From an uncultured Spirochaetota bacterium (GTDB lineage Bacteria; Spirochaetota; Brevinematia; Brevinematales; JAOACQ01), in assembly GCA_963768055.1 (NCBI GenBank), contig CAVYGN010000001.1, positions 960,001 to 1,024,000 of the forward strand: DNA of 64,000 bases, read 5' to 3'. The notes under the pieces are model-generated. The model was not told the DNA's origin. It saw nothing but the letters and a program-made list of their open reading frames with translations, and did no database searches. The position numbers and the translations under genes were made by a program. Every line of letters starts with the position of its first letter. The stretch's first letter is position 1. This document shows, one piece after another, positions 52,869 through 62,890 of the stretch.

Positions 52869-53057
52869 GGAACCGCGTACAAGGTGAAGCATGCGTTTAC
52901 AGTAAAATTAGTAAAATACCCGAAGCGTACGATTACCTGGAGAAAGCAGTTAATGCGGGATACAAGGATTATGAGTGGATTCTTAAAGATCCCGACCTGG
53001 AAAACCCGAGGAATGATAATGGTTGGGAGGCTTTTTTACGACGGCCTGAAAAAGTAG
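52869..53057 (+). pseudogene. Fragment of a TPR 'end-of-group' domain
   Basis: Manual translation gives ACVYSKISKIPEAYDYLEKAVNAGYKDYEWILKDPDLEN..., with no start and a frameshift just upstream. Confidence 0.65.
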
Positions 53058-53151
53058 GACGAAAAGCTCTATTTCTTTCCTGCTGGATTCGAAACAATAT
53101 TCAGTTTTTATATGTAGTCAATTTTTATCTCGCATTTATGAAGAAAACATA

Positions 53152-53295
53152 GAACTGCCATCGAAAAAAGGCGAAGCAAGCGTTTCGTCCAAGACCGCTA
53201 ATAGTATTTAACCGATTCTTATAGATAATAAAAAATTCTTCAATTAAAAAAGTATTCAATCAAACGCTTGCCGCCGTTTTGAGATGATGCAGTTC
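53152..53295. repeat. Long imperfect inverted repeat
   Basis: GAACTGC-CATC...GGCG..GCAAGCGTTT pairs with AAACGCTTGC.CGCC...GATG..GCAGTTC around an AT-rich spacer. Confidence 0.6.
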
Positions 53296-53359
53296 AAGTT
53301 TTCGAATCCGGAGAGATAAAAATTGACTACATAAAAGCCGGATGTTGTTTGAACGGCCC

Positions 53360-54229
53360 TTACTTCCCACTCTGCAGTATATTCTGGATCGTATTGCTGA
53401 TCGATTCGGCGTCTTCGGCAGCGTTCAGGCTGAGCGCGGCATACATGGCCCTTTTGTAATAATAGATCGATTCATCCTTCCTGCCGAGCTTGAAACAATC
53501 GCCGGCTATCTTTTTTAAATCGTCGAGTATGGCCGCGGTTTTTTCCGCGATCTTGTCGTTTTTAAGGGCCGACAGGTAATTTGTAAGCGCGCTGCCGTAA
53601 TTCAGCTTGTCGTCATAGACTTCGCCGAGATAGTAGTAATTATCCCCAAGGGAGTCGTAAACCTTTCCCCCCTCGTTAATCTGCCTCGCTTTTTCAAGCC
53701 ATCCCGCGGCTTCGTCCAATCTTTTGAGTTTTCTATAGGCTATTCCAATGTTATTATATGCGCCGGCCCTGTCCTGGTCGTTTGCCGCCGATCCGTAGGC
53801 CATCTGGTAATATTTGAGCGCGGTTTCATATCCATTCGTGTTTTCATAAGCCTTCTCGTAAAATTTACCGATGGTAAGATAAATTATAAAGTCGTACTCT
53901 TTTGTGTTTTCATAACCCTTGATAGAGTATGCCGTGAATATATAGTTTGAAGCTTCGGTATAATTTGCCTGTCGCAGCGACAGTTCGGAAAGCTTCTGGT
54001 AAATGCTTATCACATAGCCGGTGTTGTCTATGCTGTAACTTTCCGTGAGCGCGTCAAGGTAATATGACCTGGCGGACTTGAAATTTCCGGACCTGTACTC
54101 CTTAAGTCCGAGAGAAACCAGGTCGGAAACTTCTTTTTCAATAGTATTCCTGACTGAAGGGTTTACTGGGGGTGAACCGCATGAAAACAGCATCAATAAA
54201 GGTATAATTATAACAATCGTTTTTTTCAT
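53360..54229 (-). CDS. TPR lipoprotein
   Basis: LFSC lipobox; TPR motif AGAYNNIGIAYRKL. Confidence 0.85.
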   Translation of the reverse strand: MKKTIVIIIPLLMLFSCGSPPVNPSVRNTIEKEVSDLVSLGLKEYRSGNFKSARSYYLDALTESYSIDNTGYVISIYQKLSELSLRQANYTEASNYIFTAYSIKGYENTKEYDFIIYLTIGKFYEKAYENTNGYETALKYYQMAYGSAANDQDRAGAYNNIGIAYRKLKRLDEAAGWLEKARQINEGGKVYDSLGDNYYYLGEVYDDKLNYGSALTNYLSALKNDKIAEKTAAILDDLKKIAGDCFKLGRKDESIYYYKRAMYAALSLNAAEDAESISNTIQNILQSGK

Positions 54230-55080
54230 TATAATCTTTCCCCCGGTTTGATGTTTTTATCTATGGTTTTTCCCCCGCCCCCGAGGAAGCTCTTGACTGT
54301 AGAAAGGGTTTCTTTTAATTCTACAAGGTTTTCCCTGAGAAGGATCACTATCGCTTTCATGTCTTCCGGCCTTTCTGTAGCCGTTTTAAGGCTTTTAAGC
54401 GTCGAATCGAGTGAACCCATCATATTGTCTATTTTCGCGGACAGGCCTTTCTTGTCCTTGATAATCGAACCTATAGAGGTATCCTCGGAATTTATATTCG
54501 ACAGGATGTCCCTGGCTTCAGCCGTGATCGTCCTTAAATTATTCATCGTTCCGTTTATCACAGGCTCAAGCTTATCGATATTATTCAGTATTTTTTGCGC
54601 CATTGCGTTTATATCGTCCTTTTTAACAGGTGTTTTAAGGGCCAATTCGTCAAGTATTTTGCGCCCCTCTTCCATATCTGAAGAAAGAATTAAAGAACCC
54701 GGCAATAGCTGGACGGTGTTTGAATCGGGGGATGGTATGAGCACAAGAAAGGAGCTTCCAATGATAGAAGATTGGATTTTAAGAACACTGTCCTGCCTGA
54801 TAAGATAGCGGTATTCCTCATTGAACCATACCGTCACTCTTATACGGTCGTCTTCCGTCAGTTTTAAATCCCTTATCTTGCCGATGTTTATGCTTTTATA
54901 CTTAATGGGGCTTCCGCTTGCCATGCCGTATCCGTCGTCGAAATCCGTTATGTAATAATCCTTTATAGTAAACAGGTCGCTGCCCTTTCCTACCAGTAAA
55001 AGCACTGCGACAAACAGAAATATACCGATCAGTATGAAAGCCGATACCGCTTTCTGAGCGCCTTTAAATGTGAAAGGCAT
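54229..55080 (-). CDS. mlaD: MlaD/MCE family protein
   Basis: N-terminal TM helix, GMASGSPIKYKSINIGKI MCE signature, helical C-terminus. Confidence 0.85.
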   Translation of the reverse strand: MPFTFKGAQKAVSAFILIGIFLFVAVLLLVGKGSDLFTIKDYYITDFDDGYGMASGSPIKYKSINIGKIRDLKLTEDDRIRVTVWFNEEYRYLIRQDSVLKIQSSIIGSSFLVLIPSPDSNTVQLLPGSLILSSDMEEGRKILDELALKTPVKKDDINAMAQKILNNIDKLEPVINGTMNNLRTITAEARDILSNINSEDTSIGSIIKDKKGLSAKIDNMMGSLDSTLKSLKTATERPEDMKAIVILLRENLVELKETLSTVKSFLGGGGKTIDKNIKPGERL

Positions 55081-55095
55081 ATCCCCCTCCTTAAA

Positions 55096-55830
55096 TTAAG
55101 TTTCGTTACGTATAAATTCCAGGGTAGGGCTGTATTTCGAATTTTTAATTTCGTCGGGCGTTCCGCTCTCAATGATCCTGCCCTTCTGCAGTATGCCGAT
55201 CTTATCGGATATGGAAAGGGCAAAATCAATATCGCCTGTCGCCAGTACCATGGTTTTCTTCTGTTTTTTAAAATCGGAGATGATATTTTTTACCCGGTTT
55301 TGATAATGGGTATCGAGATTGGACATAGGGCTGTCCCAGAAAATATATTCAGGTTCATGTGAAATCGCCCTGACTATATTTATAAGCATTTTCTCCCCGG
55401 TGCTCAGAATATTTGGCCTTTGAGAAAGATCATTATCGAATCCTGCATAGTCAAGATATATTTTTATTTTTTCGTAAATCTCTTTTTCGCTTAATTTTGT
55501 ATGATAATTGAAATAAAGGGAAAGGTTTTCATATATGCTCATGTTGCTGATAAGGGCCGAATTCTGAAAAACGAATCCGCAGCTCTTATGATATTCAAGC
55601 ATCTGGTGCTGGGAATATCTCAGTATGTTTTTCCCGTTCACTTCAACTTCTCCCGATGCAACCAGGGAAAGCCCTGCGGCGATCTTAAGCAGCGTAGTTT
55701 TACCGCTCCCTGAAAGTCCGAGGATCACGTAAGACTCTCCCTCGGAGATCCTTTCTGTCAATTTATCGATCACGACTGTCTTATTGTATTTCAATGTTAC
55801 GTCTTTTATATAAATGCTGCCCATAATCAA
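55096..55830 (-). CDS. mlaF: MlaF-like ABC ATPase with degenerate motifs
   Basis: GLSGSGKT and GFVFQNSALI; signature LSTGE, Walker B FWDSP, switch region ATGD. Confidence 0.8.
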   Translation of the reverse strand: MIMGSIYIKDVTLKYNKTVVIDKLTERISEGESYVILGLSGSGKTTLLKIAAGLSLVASGEVEVNGKNILRYSQHQMLEYHKSCGFVFQNSALISNMSIYENLSLYFNYHTKLSEKEIYEKIKIYLDYAGFDNDLSQRPNILSTGEKMLINIVRAISHEPEYIFWDSPMSNLDTHYQNRVKNIISDFKKQKKTMVLATGDIDFALSISDKIGILQKGRIIESGTPDEIKNSKYSPTLEFIRNET

Positions 55831-55831
55831 C

Positions 55832-56623
55832 CTATAAATAAAAAATGACTGTCATAATAATATCTATAAAAAATAACGCAAAAATGGAGCTTACGACCGA
55901 TTTCGTTGTCACCTGCGGGATATCGGTCTGTTCAAAAGCCTGGAACCCATGATAAATCGCAATACCCGAAATAAAAATACCGAAAATGGCGCTTTTCAGG
56001 AGGCTCATCAAAACGTCGAGCAAAGTTATTGAATTGATGATAAAAGTGATATAGGTGTCGAAACTCAAATCACCTATTGCACTCCCTACAAGAAAGCCGC
56101 CTATCAAACTAATAGCGTTAAAATAAACCGTAAGAAGGACCCCGGCTATTGTCATGCCGGCAATTCTGGGGAAAACTATAAATTTCAGCGAATTGATGCC
56201 AAGCATTTCCAGGGCGTTGATCTCATCGTTGACCATCATTGTGCCGATTTCCGCTGCGATTGCGGTAGCCGAACGGCTGAGAATAATAAAAGCCGTAAAA
56301 ATAGGGCCCAATTCCCTGATAATTACTATGTTGAGGATATCCCCGACCTGTTTCAATACCCCGTAATTGCTTAGAATATAATAGGACTGAATGACCGTTA
56401 CTATTCCGAGGGACAGAGCGACAAGGCTTATGATCTTCAGCGCTCCGTTGCCGGTAAAATATATCTGCATGACGATTATCTTGTTGATCCTCGCCCTTCC
56501 CTTGTTATCCGTAAAATAATCTTTAATTGAATAAAAGAGGAGTGCTGCTACCCCGGTGTAGTATTTGACTTTCTGGTTTACGGAGTTAAGAAACCCGTTG
56601 TAGAACCGGCCTATGACATTCAT
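55832..56623 (-). CDS. mlaE: MlaE family permease
   Basis: QIYFTG, IRELGP, SATAIAAEIGTM, EINALEMLG, TTKSVV. Confidence 0.92.
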   Translation of the reverse strand: MNVIGRFYNGFLNSVNQKVKYYTGVAALLFYSIKDYFTDNKGRARINKIIVMQIYFTGNGALKIISLVALSLGIVTVIQSYYILSNYGVLKQVGDILNIVIIRELGPIFTAFIILSRSATAIAAEIGTMMVNDEINALEMLGINSLKFIVFPRIAGMTIAGVLLTVYFNAISLIGGFLVGSAIGDLSFDTYITFIINSITLLDVLMSLLKSAIFGIFISGIAIYHGFQAFEQTDIPQVTTKSVVSSIFALFFIDIIMTVIFYL

Positions 56624-56634
56624 AGGTTATTTTC

Positions 56635-56937
56635 CTATTTCTTTTCATTGGATTGTATAAGATCATATAAAAAAGAAAAAATCGATCCTGCTATAAAACC
56701 GTCTATTATGGAAAATAATGAAAGGAGTGAAATTGAAAGAATATTGTTCATGAAATTTTTTAAGACCGGCAGAAGGGGGTTGTAAGAAAACCGGAATATA
56801 TTCGCGTAAAAGGATTTTAAAAGATCTATTATAGGGGCGCCGTAGCCGGTTATAGAGTACCAGACGCCGATGATAAATGTTATGCAGAAGGCCAGAACGG
56901 CGCAGGCAATGCCGAATGACCTGATTCCCAGTTTCAT
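56635..56937 (-). CDS. Small membrane protein (holin-like/unknown)
   Basis: Two hydrophobic helices; GGAG RBS; within the operon. Confidence 0.6.
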   Translation of the reverse strand: MKLGIRSFGIACAVLAFCITFIIGVWYSITGYGAPIIDLLKSFYANIFRFSYNPLLPVLKNFMNNILSISLLSLFSIIDGFIAGSIFSFLYDLIQSNEKK

Positions 56938-56970
56938 TTAAAGCTCCTTGTTAATTTTTTATAGAAAGCG

Positions 56971-57546
56971 TTATGATGAGCCGGTATTCATCCCCTTTAA
57001 ATAAGCGGAAAGCTTTAACCTTATTTTTACAAGAATATTATCTACTTTTTTGGATGAAATTTCAAGCTCTGATGCGATAGTTTTATAACTCTTATTTTCG
57101 ATATATCTTTCCAGGACTTTTTGTTCCAGTTCATTTAAATTTTTAAGGCCTCTTTTCATAAATTCGGAATACTCGGTTATGATTGTGTCATTTTCGGGGT
57201 TGGAAACGGATACTATCTCATCTATATCCTGGTCTTTATCGATGTTTTTTCTATGCTGCCAGAAAAAATCCAGCGCGTTTTTGATCCTGTTCCTTATGCA
57301 GACGTTTGCATAGGTGGAAAACATGACCCCCCTCGCCTCATCGTATGTTTCGATAGCCTGGAAAAGGCCGATCATCCCTTCCTGTATCAGGTCATCCCTT
57401 TCGATCGGAAATATTTTATATTTATATAGAATGCTTTTGACCTTGCTCTTGTACCGCCTGTAAAATTCGTTTTCAGCGTTTTTATCGTTTTTGATCAATT
57501 TAAAAAGTTCGTCATCGGTGAGAAGACGGTAATAATTTTCACTCAT
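56971..57546 (-). CDS. Alternative sigma-70 factor, SigH(Spo0H)-like
   Basis: DDLIQEGMIGLFQAIETYD...FSTYANVCIRN; C-terminal SYKTIA..LEISSKKVDN HTH. Confidence 0.85.
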   Translation of the reverse strand: MSENYYRLLTDDELFKLIKNDKNAENEFYRRYKSKVKSILYKYKIFPIERDDLIQEGMIGLFQAIETYDEARGVMFSTYANVCIRNRIKNALDFFWQHRKNIDKDQDIDEIVSVSNPENDTIITEYSEFMKRGLKNLNELEQKVLERYIENKSYKTIASELEISSKKVDNILVKIRLKLSAYLKGMNTGSS

Positions 57547-57561
57547 TATATCGCCTGTAAA

Positions 57562-57981
57562 TTATTCGCCGATTATTTTGATGAGGACTCTTTTTCTTCT
57601 TCTGCCGTCAAACTCGCCATAAAAAATCTGTTCCCATGGCCCGAAATCGAATTTACCTCCGGTAACGGCGATCACTACTTCCCTGCCCATCACCTGTCTT
57701 TTCAAATGGGCGTCCCCGTTATCCTCACCGGTTCTGTTATGCCTGTAATGATCGAGAGGTTCATGCGGAGCAAGTTTTTCGAGCCAGTCGGCATAATCGG
57801 CATGAAGGCCGCTTTCATTATCGTTAATAAATACGCTCGCCGTAATATGCATTGCATTTACAAGGCATAATCCTTCCTTGATGCCGCTTTCTCTAAGAGC
57901 GATTTCAGCATCATTGGTGATGTTAACGAAAGCCATCCGCTGGGGGATGTTGAAGGCCAGTTCTTTTTTAAATGATTTCAT
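57562..57981 (-). CDS. yjbQ: YjbQ/UPF0047 family protein
   Basis: [41 protein letters not shown]. Confidence 0.92.
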   Translation of the reverse strand: MKSFKKELAFNIPQRMAFVNITNDAEIALRESGIKEGLCLVNAMHITASVFINDNESGLHADYADWLEKLAPHEPLDHYRHNRTGEDNGDAHLKRQVMGREVVIAVTGGKFDFGPWEQIFYGEFDGRRRKRVLIKIIGE

Positions 57982-58079
57982 GATTAACCCCGTTCATGTT
58001 TCAAAGAATCGGGTTATTAATTATATAACTTAACAATTATAAGGAAAAATCCCGGCAGGCATGCTATAATAATATTGAA

Positions 58080-58910
58080 TTGAAAATTCGAGGCGTCATG
58101 TTCTGGAAAAGATTTTTGTTTTTCATAATATTGATCGGCGGAGGTACGGTACTGTCGTATCTGATCTCTATCGGCATGAGAGAAAATCTGAATAACATTA
58201 ACGATATACAAAACCAGCGCAAGCCTGACGAGGGTTACGTCAGGGTCTTTTCATCGGGGCAGGGCGGGACAAACCTGGGATCGGATGTAATTTACTCTCT
58301 CGATTTGAAATCCCCTATGCTTGAACATTTTTACATTCTTTCGCAATTCGAAGGGGATAAATGGATAAAACTGAAAGGAGATAAAAAGATTATCGGAGTG
58401 AACGGAACCGCGATCGACCTTATTAAAGGCGATTATGCCGTGGCGCAGTCATCGTTTCTTCTCAAGTCCGGCCGTTATATTATAAGCGCTGAAAATCCCT
58501 TCATCAAAGGGGAACTTACCCTTTATGTTTCAAATGAAAAGCCTGACCTGAAAACTTATCGAAGGCTGTTAATGATAGATGAAGGAGACTTGAATAATCC
58601 GCCCGAAGGGTATGAAAACATTTATTCTTCAAATTCAGGTATTCCTGAAAAGACCAATGTGATCATTTATAGTTTCAATGTCGGCAGCACAATAAAAGAG
58701 GCTTTTTCCATATACGGTAAAATTTCAGAGGGGAAATTGTCTGTCCGCCTGAAAGGCGGAAATATCAGGGATTTTGAATTTATAAATGAAAATCATCCTA
58801 TGAGCGATCAATGTTCGCTGTTTCTTGAAAAGGGTTCATACAGCATATGGATCTTTACGGACGGGTTTAAGGGCAGGCTTGCGGTATTCAGGAAAAAGCC
58901 ATCATCTTAA
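58080..58910 (+). CDS. Hypothetical membrane-anchored protein
   Basis: N-terminal TM helix and beta-rich body; start may be the ATG at 58098; overlaps the 3' end of hisC. Confidence 0.6.
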   Translation: MKIRGVMFWKRFLFFIILIGGGTVLSYLISIGMRENLNNINDIQNQRKPDEGYVRVFSSGQGGTNLGSDVIYSLDLKSPMLEHFYILSQFEGDKWIKLKGDKKIIGVNGTAIDLIKGDYAVAQSSFLLKSGRYIISAENPFIKGELTLYVSNEKPDLKTYRRLLMIDEGDLNNPPEGYENIYSSNSGIPEKTNVIIYSFNVGSTIKEAFSIYGKISEGKLSVRLKGGNIRDFEFINENHPMSDQCSLFLEKGSYSIWIFTDGFKGRLAVFRKKPSS

Positions 58911-60014
58911 AATTTCTTCAAGTTTTTCAATAAAGCGGCTGTTCGCTTCTTCGCTCCCTACGCTTATCCTTACATAATTTCCGGAAAATCCGAATGATAT
59001 CAAAGGCCTTATTGTAATTCCGCTTTCCTCGAGGCGGGAGATTATTTCAGGGCTTTTAGTCCTGAAATCGCAAAATATAAAATTACCGTACGGTTTCAAA
59101 TATTCGAAGCCGAGCCTGTCAAGTTCCTTGCAAAGGTAATTTTTGCCGGCTTCAACGGTTTTAAGCGTACTGGCGAGAAATTCATTGTCTCTTAATGCGG
59201 CTTCGGAGCCTTTAAGTTGAAGCACTCCAAGGTTGAAGGGCATCCTGATCTTTTCAATCTGGAGCGCAATCTCTTTTTTCATAACCGCATATCCCACACG
59301 CAGCCCTGCCAGCCCGTAAGCCTTTGAAAATGTATATACCATCATAAGATTCGGAAATTTTTTTAAGAGCGATATCGAGGAATTCTCAAGCCCGGCGAAA
59401 TGAATATAGGCTTCGTCAAGGAGTACTCCGGTTCCCGGAGGGATTTTCACGAGGAATTTTTCAATTTCATTCCGCTTATAAAAAGTCGAAGTCGGATTGT
59501 CGGGATTGGAGAACATTACCAGTTTCGGCTTCCCGCAAGTTTTTACTGTTTCAGCTATTCCATCCAGGTCTACCTTGAAACCGATGCGCTTAACTTCAAC
59601 CATAACGGCGCCCTTTGAGGCCGAACAGATTTCATACATAGAAAAACTTTTTTCTGCAATTATGACCTCATCGCCTGTACTGATGAATGCAGCTCCGATC
59701 ATATTGATTATTTCATCCGCGGAGTCACCTAAAACGATCTGGCCGGTGTTCAAATTTACTCCTTTCGATTTCCAGAAATCGGCAATAGCTTTCTTTAACC
59801 CTTCGATCATTGAAGCATCGGGATAAAGGTTCACGCCTTTTTTAAGTTCTTCATCCATCGCTTTTATAGCGAGGGGAGAACTTCCGATGGGGTTTTCATT
59901 CGACGACAGTTTATAACGCTTGCCTTTACCTGACTTCGGGTATTTTCCTTCGATGTATGCCGGCAAGTTGAAAATGTCGCTTCTGATCGATTTAAGTATT
60001 TCCATATCAAACAA
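58902..60014 (-). CDS. hisC: Histidinol-phosphate aminotransferase
   Basis: KLSSNENP, NPDNPT, DEAY, TFSKAYGLAGLRVGY, RISVG. Confidence 0.92.
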   Translation of the reverse strand: MFDMEILKSIRSDIFNLPAYIEGKYPKSGKGKRYKLSSNENPIGSSPLAIKAMDEELKKGVNLYPDASMIEGLKKAIADFWKSKGVNLNTGQIVLGDSADEIINMIGAAFISTGDEVIIAEKSFSMYEICSASKGAVMVEVKRIGFKVDLDGIAETVKTCGKPKLVMFSNPDNPTSTFYKRNEIEKFLVKIPPGTGVLLDEAYIHFAGLENSSISLLKKFPNLMMVYTFSKAYGLAGLRVGYAVMKKEIALQIEKIRMPFNLGVLQLKGSEAALRDNEFLASTLKTVEAGKNYLCKELDRLGFEYLKPYGNFIFCDFRTKSPEIISRLEESGITIRPLISFGFSGNYVRISVGSEEANSRFIEKLEEILR

Positions 60015-61071
60015 CCTTTGAACAAACCCATTTATAGGCCTTTCCGGCGCGAAATCCGCTCATTCCTTTTTTGAAAATAAGGTCGGATGCAAGGAATCTA
60101 TCGGAGAGCGGCTCGCCGGTAAGGTAGGGGACGGCAATACAGTACATGAATGCCCTTTTAGCCGCTTCAACTCCGTATTCCGAATCCTCGACAACCGCGC
60201 AGCCGAGAGGGTCCGTGCCCATACGGCGGGCTGTTTCCAGGAATACATCCGGAGAGGGTTTGCCCCTTTCGACGTTTTCTGCGGATACTATAACACTGAA
60301 ATATTTCCCCAGATCCGTTATTTTGATTATCTCATCGAGAATGCCGGGTGAGGTGCCTGAAGCGATTGCTAGTGAGAAACGGGCTTTTTTAAGCATTTCT
60401 ATGAATTTTATCATTTCAGGAAATACTTTCGTGCCGTTCCTCGCTATTTCGATATAATATTTGTTCTTTTTTTCCACCATCGATTCGATCGAATCTTCAA
60501 TATTATAGATCTTTTTGATGTCCTTCATCATTTCAATATTACCAGTGCCTACATATTTGTTCTTCATTGCAGGTGTAAGGTCGACTCCGTAGGATTTCAA
60601 GAGAAGCCTGTCGGATTCGTAATAATTGCCTTCGCTGTCGATGACCGTTCCGTCGAGGTCGAAAATAACCGCCTTGATCGGATATAAAGGAGCCGGCTTT
60701 ACTCTTTTCGATATCTCGATAATATTTCCTTCGGGATCGCCGGCTTCGGTTTCCAGAAAACCATCGCCGGTAATTCTCGGGGCTTTAACACAATCCAGGC
60801 CTGAATTTTTCAACCTCGAATATTCCTTATTTACATCCCTGACTTCCAGGGCTATGTGATATGTGGTTTTTTTGAAGGCTGAGTTATTAATATTTTCCGG
60901 CCTCTCAAGAAGTTCGATTGTCATGCCGTTTCCGCTCAAAAGGACCGTGCGAAGCCCCGGCTGGCGAACACTGGAATAGCGGTATAATGTTTTAAAGCCG
61001 AAAAATTTCCTGTAGAAAAGCTCCATTTTGAAACTATCGGCGACTTCCATGCCTATATGATTCAGCTTCAT
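60007..61071 (-). CDS. VOC/glyoxalase domain fused to a HAD phosphatase (beta-PGM-like)
   Basis: N-terminal HIGMEV...IELLE...HIALEV...DPEGNIIEI; then FDLDGT, GKPSPDVF, VEDS. Confidence 0.85.
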   Translation of the reverse strand: MKLNHIGMEVADSFKMELFYRKFFGFKTLYRYSSVRQPGLRTVLLSGNGMTIELLERPENINNSAFKKTTYHIALEVRDVNKEYSRLKNSGLDCVKAPRITGDGFLETEAGDPEGNIIEISKRVKPAPLYPIKAVIFDLDGTVIDSEGNYYESDRLLLKSYGVDLTPAMKNKYVGTGNIEMMKDIKKIYNIEDSIESMVEKKNKYYIEIARNGTKVFPEMIKFIEMLKKARFSLAIASGTSPGILDEIIKITDLGKYFSVIVSAENVERGKPSPDVFLETARRMGTDPLGCAVVEDSEYGVEAAKRAFMYCIAVPYLTGEPLSDRFLASDLIFKKGMSGFRAGKAYKWVCSKVV

Positions 61072-61080
61072 TGTTTAATC

Positions 61081-62544
61081 CTATCCATTGTTGGAAATAG
61101 ACAAGGCCTTGAGGAGGCGCTTCCGCGTTCTTTCTTTGCCTATTACCGGTATTATGTAATATGTCTCCGGTCCCTGGGTCCTTCCGGTTAAAGCCGCACG
61201 AAGCGGGAGAAAGAGGTTTTTGCCCTTGATCCCTGTCTTGGTAATGATGCTTGAAACTATCCCGGTAAACACTTCCTCGCTTATGCTTCGATTTTCCATG
61301 GTTATATTATCGAGAAATGCCTGTATAACCCTCCCCGAATCGGGTTTTTTAAGGATATTGAGGGCGTCGCCGGTTATTTCGAAGTCGTCAGTGAGAAAAT
61401 ATCCGATATGGTTCTTTATCTCCGACATATAAGAGCAATATCCGCGGGTTAGACCTACAACCCCCTTCAGAAAATCAATGTTTTCCCCTTTCTTCAAATA
61501 ATCGTCATCGATAAGGCCGGTTTCTTTTATAAATGGGAGTGACAATTCGAACACAGAATCAATATCGCTGTTTATTATATAATGTTTCGATATCCAGTCC
61601 AGTTTGTCCACGTCGAAAACTGCCGGGCTCGGCGACAGCCTTTCGATATCGAAAAGATCTATAAGTTCGCCCTTTGAGAGTAATTCCCTTCCGTCGGGGC
61701 TTGACCAGCCCAAAAGGGCAAGGTAATTCACAAGCGCCTCGGGGGGATATCCGAGATTCCGGAAATCTCCGACGCTTGCAGCTCCCTGCCTTTTAGACAA
61801 CTTCTGCCTGTCCTTCCCGAGGACCAGCGACATATGGGCGAAAACTGGAATTTCGAAATTGAGCGCCTTGTAAAGCATGAGCTGGCGTACGGTGTTCGAA
61901 AGGTGTTCGTCGGCCCTCAGCACATGTGTTATCTTCATAAGGGCGTCGTCAATTACAACAGCGTAATTATATACGGGCATCCCGCTGGGGCGCATGATTA
62001 CAAAATCCCCGACCATTCCACTCGGAAACGTGACCGGGCCCTTTACCCTGTCCTCGAATTTAAAATCCTCGTCGTATGCTATAAACCTTACGACAGGTTT
62101 ACGGCCGAGAGATTCGTAATCTTTTATCTGTTTTCCGGTCAGCTTTCTGCAATGCCCGTCGTAAACCGGAGGTTTGCCCGCGTCGGCCATGGCTTTCTTG
62201 CGGTTCTCCACTTCTTCGGGCGTGCAGTAGCAGTAAAAAGCCTGCCCCGCTTCGAGGAGCTTATCGGAGTAATCTTTATAAATATTCAGTCTTTCGCTTT
62301 GAAGATAGCTGCCGGCAGGGCCCCCTTTATCCGGCCCCTCGTCCCATTCGATCCCGAGCCATTTCAGGTCGTTCATAAGATTTATCGTATATTCGGGATG
62401 GGAACGGTCCAGATCGGTATCCTCGATCCTCAGGACAAATTTGCCTTTCATATGCTTTGCGTAGAGGTATGCAAAAAGTGCGGTTCTAACGTTGCCCACA
62501 TGAAGCATTCCCGTAGGCGAGGGGGCGAAGCGTGTCCTGACCAT
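61081..62544 (-). CDS. gltX: Glutamate--tRNA ligase
   Basis: RTRFAPSPTG, HVGN, LRIEDTD, KLSKR, PLRAALTG. Confidence 0.96.
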   Translation of the reverse strand: MVRTRFAPSPTGMLHVGNVRTALFAYLYAKHMKGKFVLRIEDTDLDRSHPEYTINLMNDLKWLGIEWDEGPDKGGPAGSYLQSERLNIYKDYSDKLLEAGQAFYCYCTPEEVENRKKAMADAGKPPVYDGHCRKLTGKQIKDYESLGRKPVVRFIAYDEDFKFEDRVKGPVTFPSGMVGDFVIMRPSGMPVYNYAVVIDDALMKITHVLRADEHLSNTVRQLMLYKALNFEIPVFAHMSLVLGKDRQKLSKRQGAASVGDFRNLGYPPEALVNYLALLGWSSPDGRELLSKGELIDLFDIERLSPSPAVFDVDKLDWISKHYIINSDIDSVFELSLPFIKETGLIDDDYLKKGENIDFLKGVVGLTRGYCSYMSEIKNHIGYFLTDDFEITGDALNILKKPDSGRVIQAFLDNITMENRSISEEVFTGIVSSIITKTGIKGKNLFLPLRAALTGRTQGPETYYIIPVIGKERTRKRLLKALSISNNG

Positions 62545-62559
62545 CTATCCGGCTCCTTA

Positions 62560-62724
62560 GGGCATTTCTAATAACTTAAGAAAATCACCCTATACTAACA
62601 ATCTGCTATTTAATCTATATGATTGCCCAATGGGGCGTTTATCCCAGGATGGGTTTATCCCCGATAGGGGAGGCTTCCTATCCGAAGGGTTTATGCCCGT
62701 AGGGCCGAAGGATTAGAAGCGCCC
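62560..62724 (+). mobile_element. MITE-like element, copy 3
   Basis: TTA[GGGCATTTCTAAT...ATTAGAAGCGCCC]TTA: imperfect TIRs with a 3-bp TTA duplication; homologous to copy 1. Confidence 0.7.
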
Positions 62725-62890
62725 TTAATTTAAAGGATTATTTTAAAGGAGAGTGCAAATTATATCAAACCTGATGTAGACAAATCTTCCGCGAAGCCAT
62801 GCTAAGGCCGTAAACGCTAAGACAGAGGTTCCCATAATCCTTTGCGTTTATTCGTGTGTCTTAGCGGATATCCTTGAAGATTTTTAAAGA

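Noticed and set aside
61834..62571. 245-aa plus-strand ORF, and the many other antisense ORFs within long genes
   Set aside because: These are shadow frames of well-supported genes (here gltX) with no recognisable motifs.
62761..62870. c-di-GMP riboswitch upstream of gltX or in other intergenic regions
   Set aside because: Hairpins are present, but I could not match the GEMM consensus; an Infernal search would be needed.
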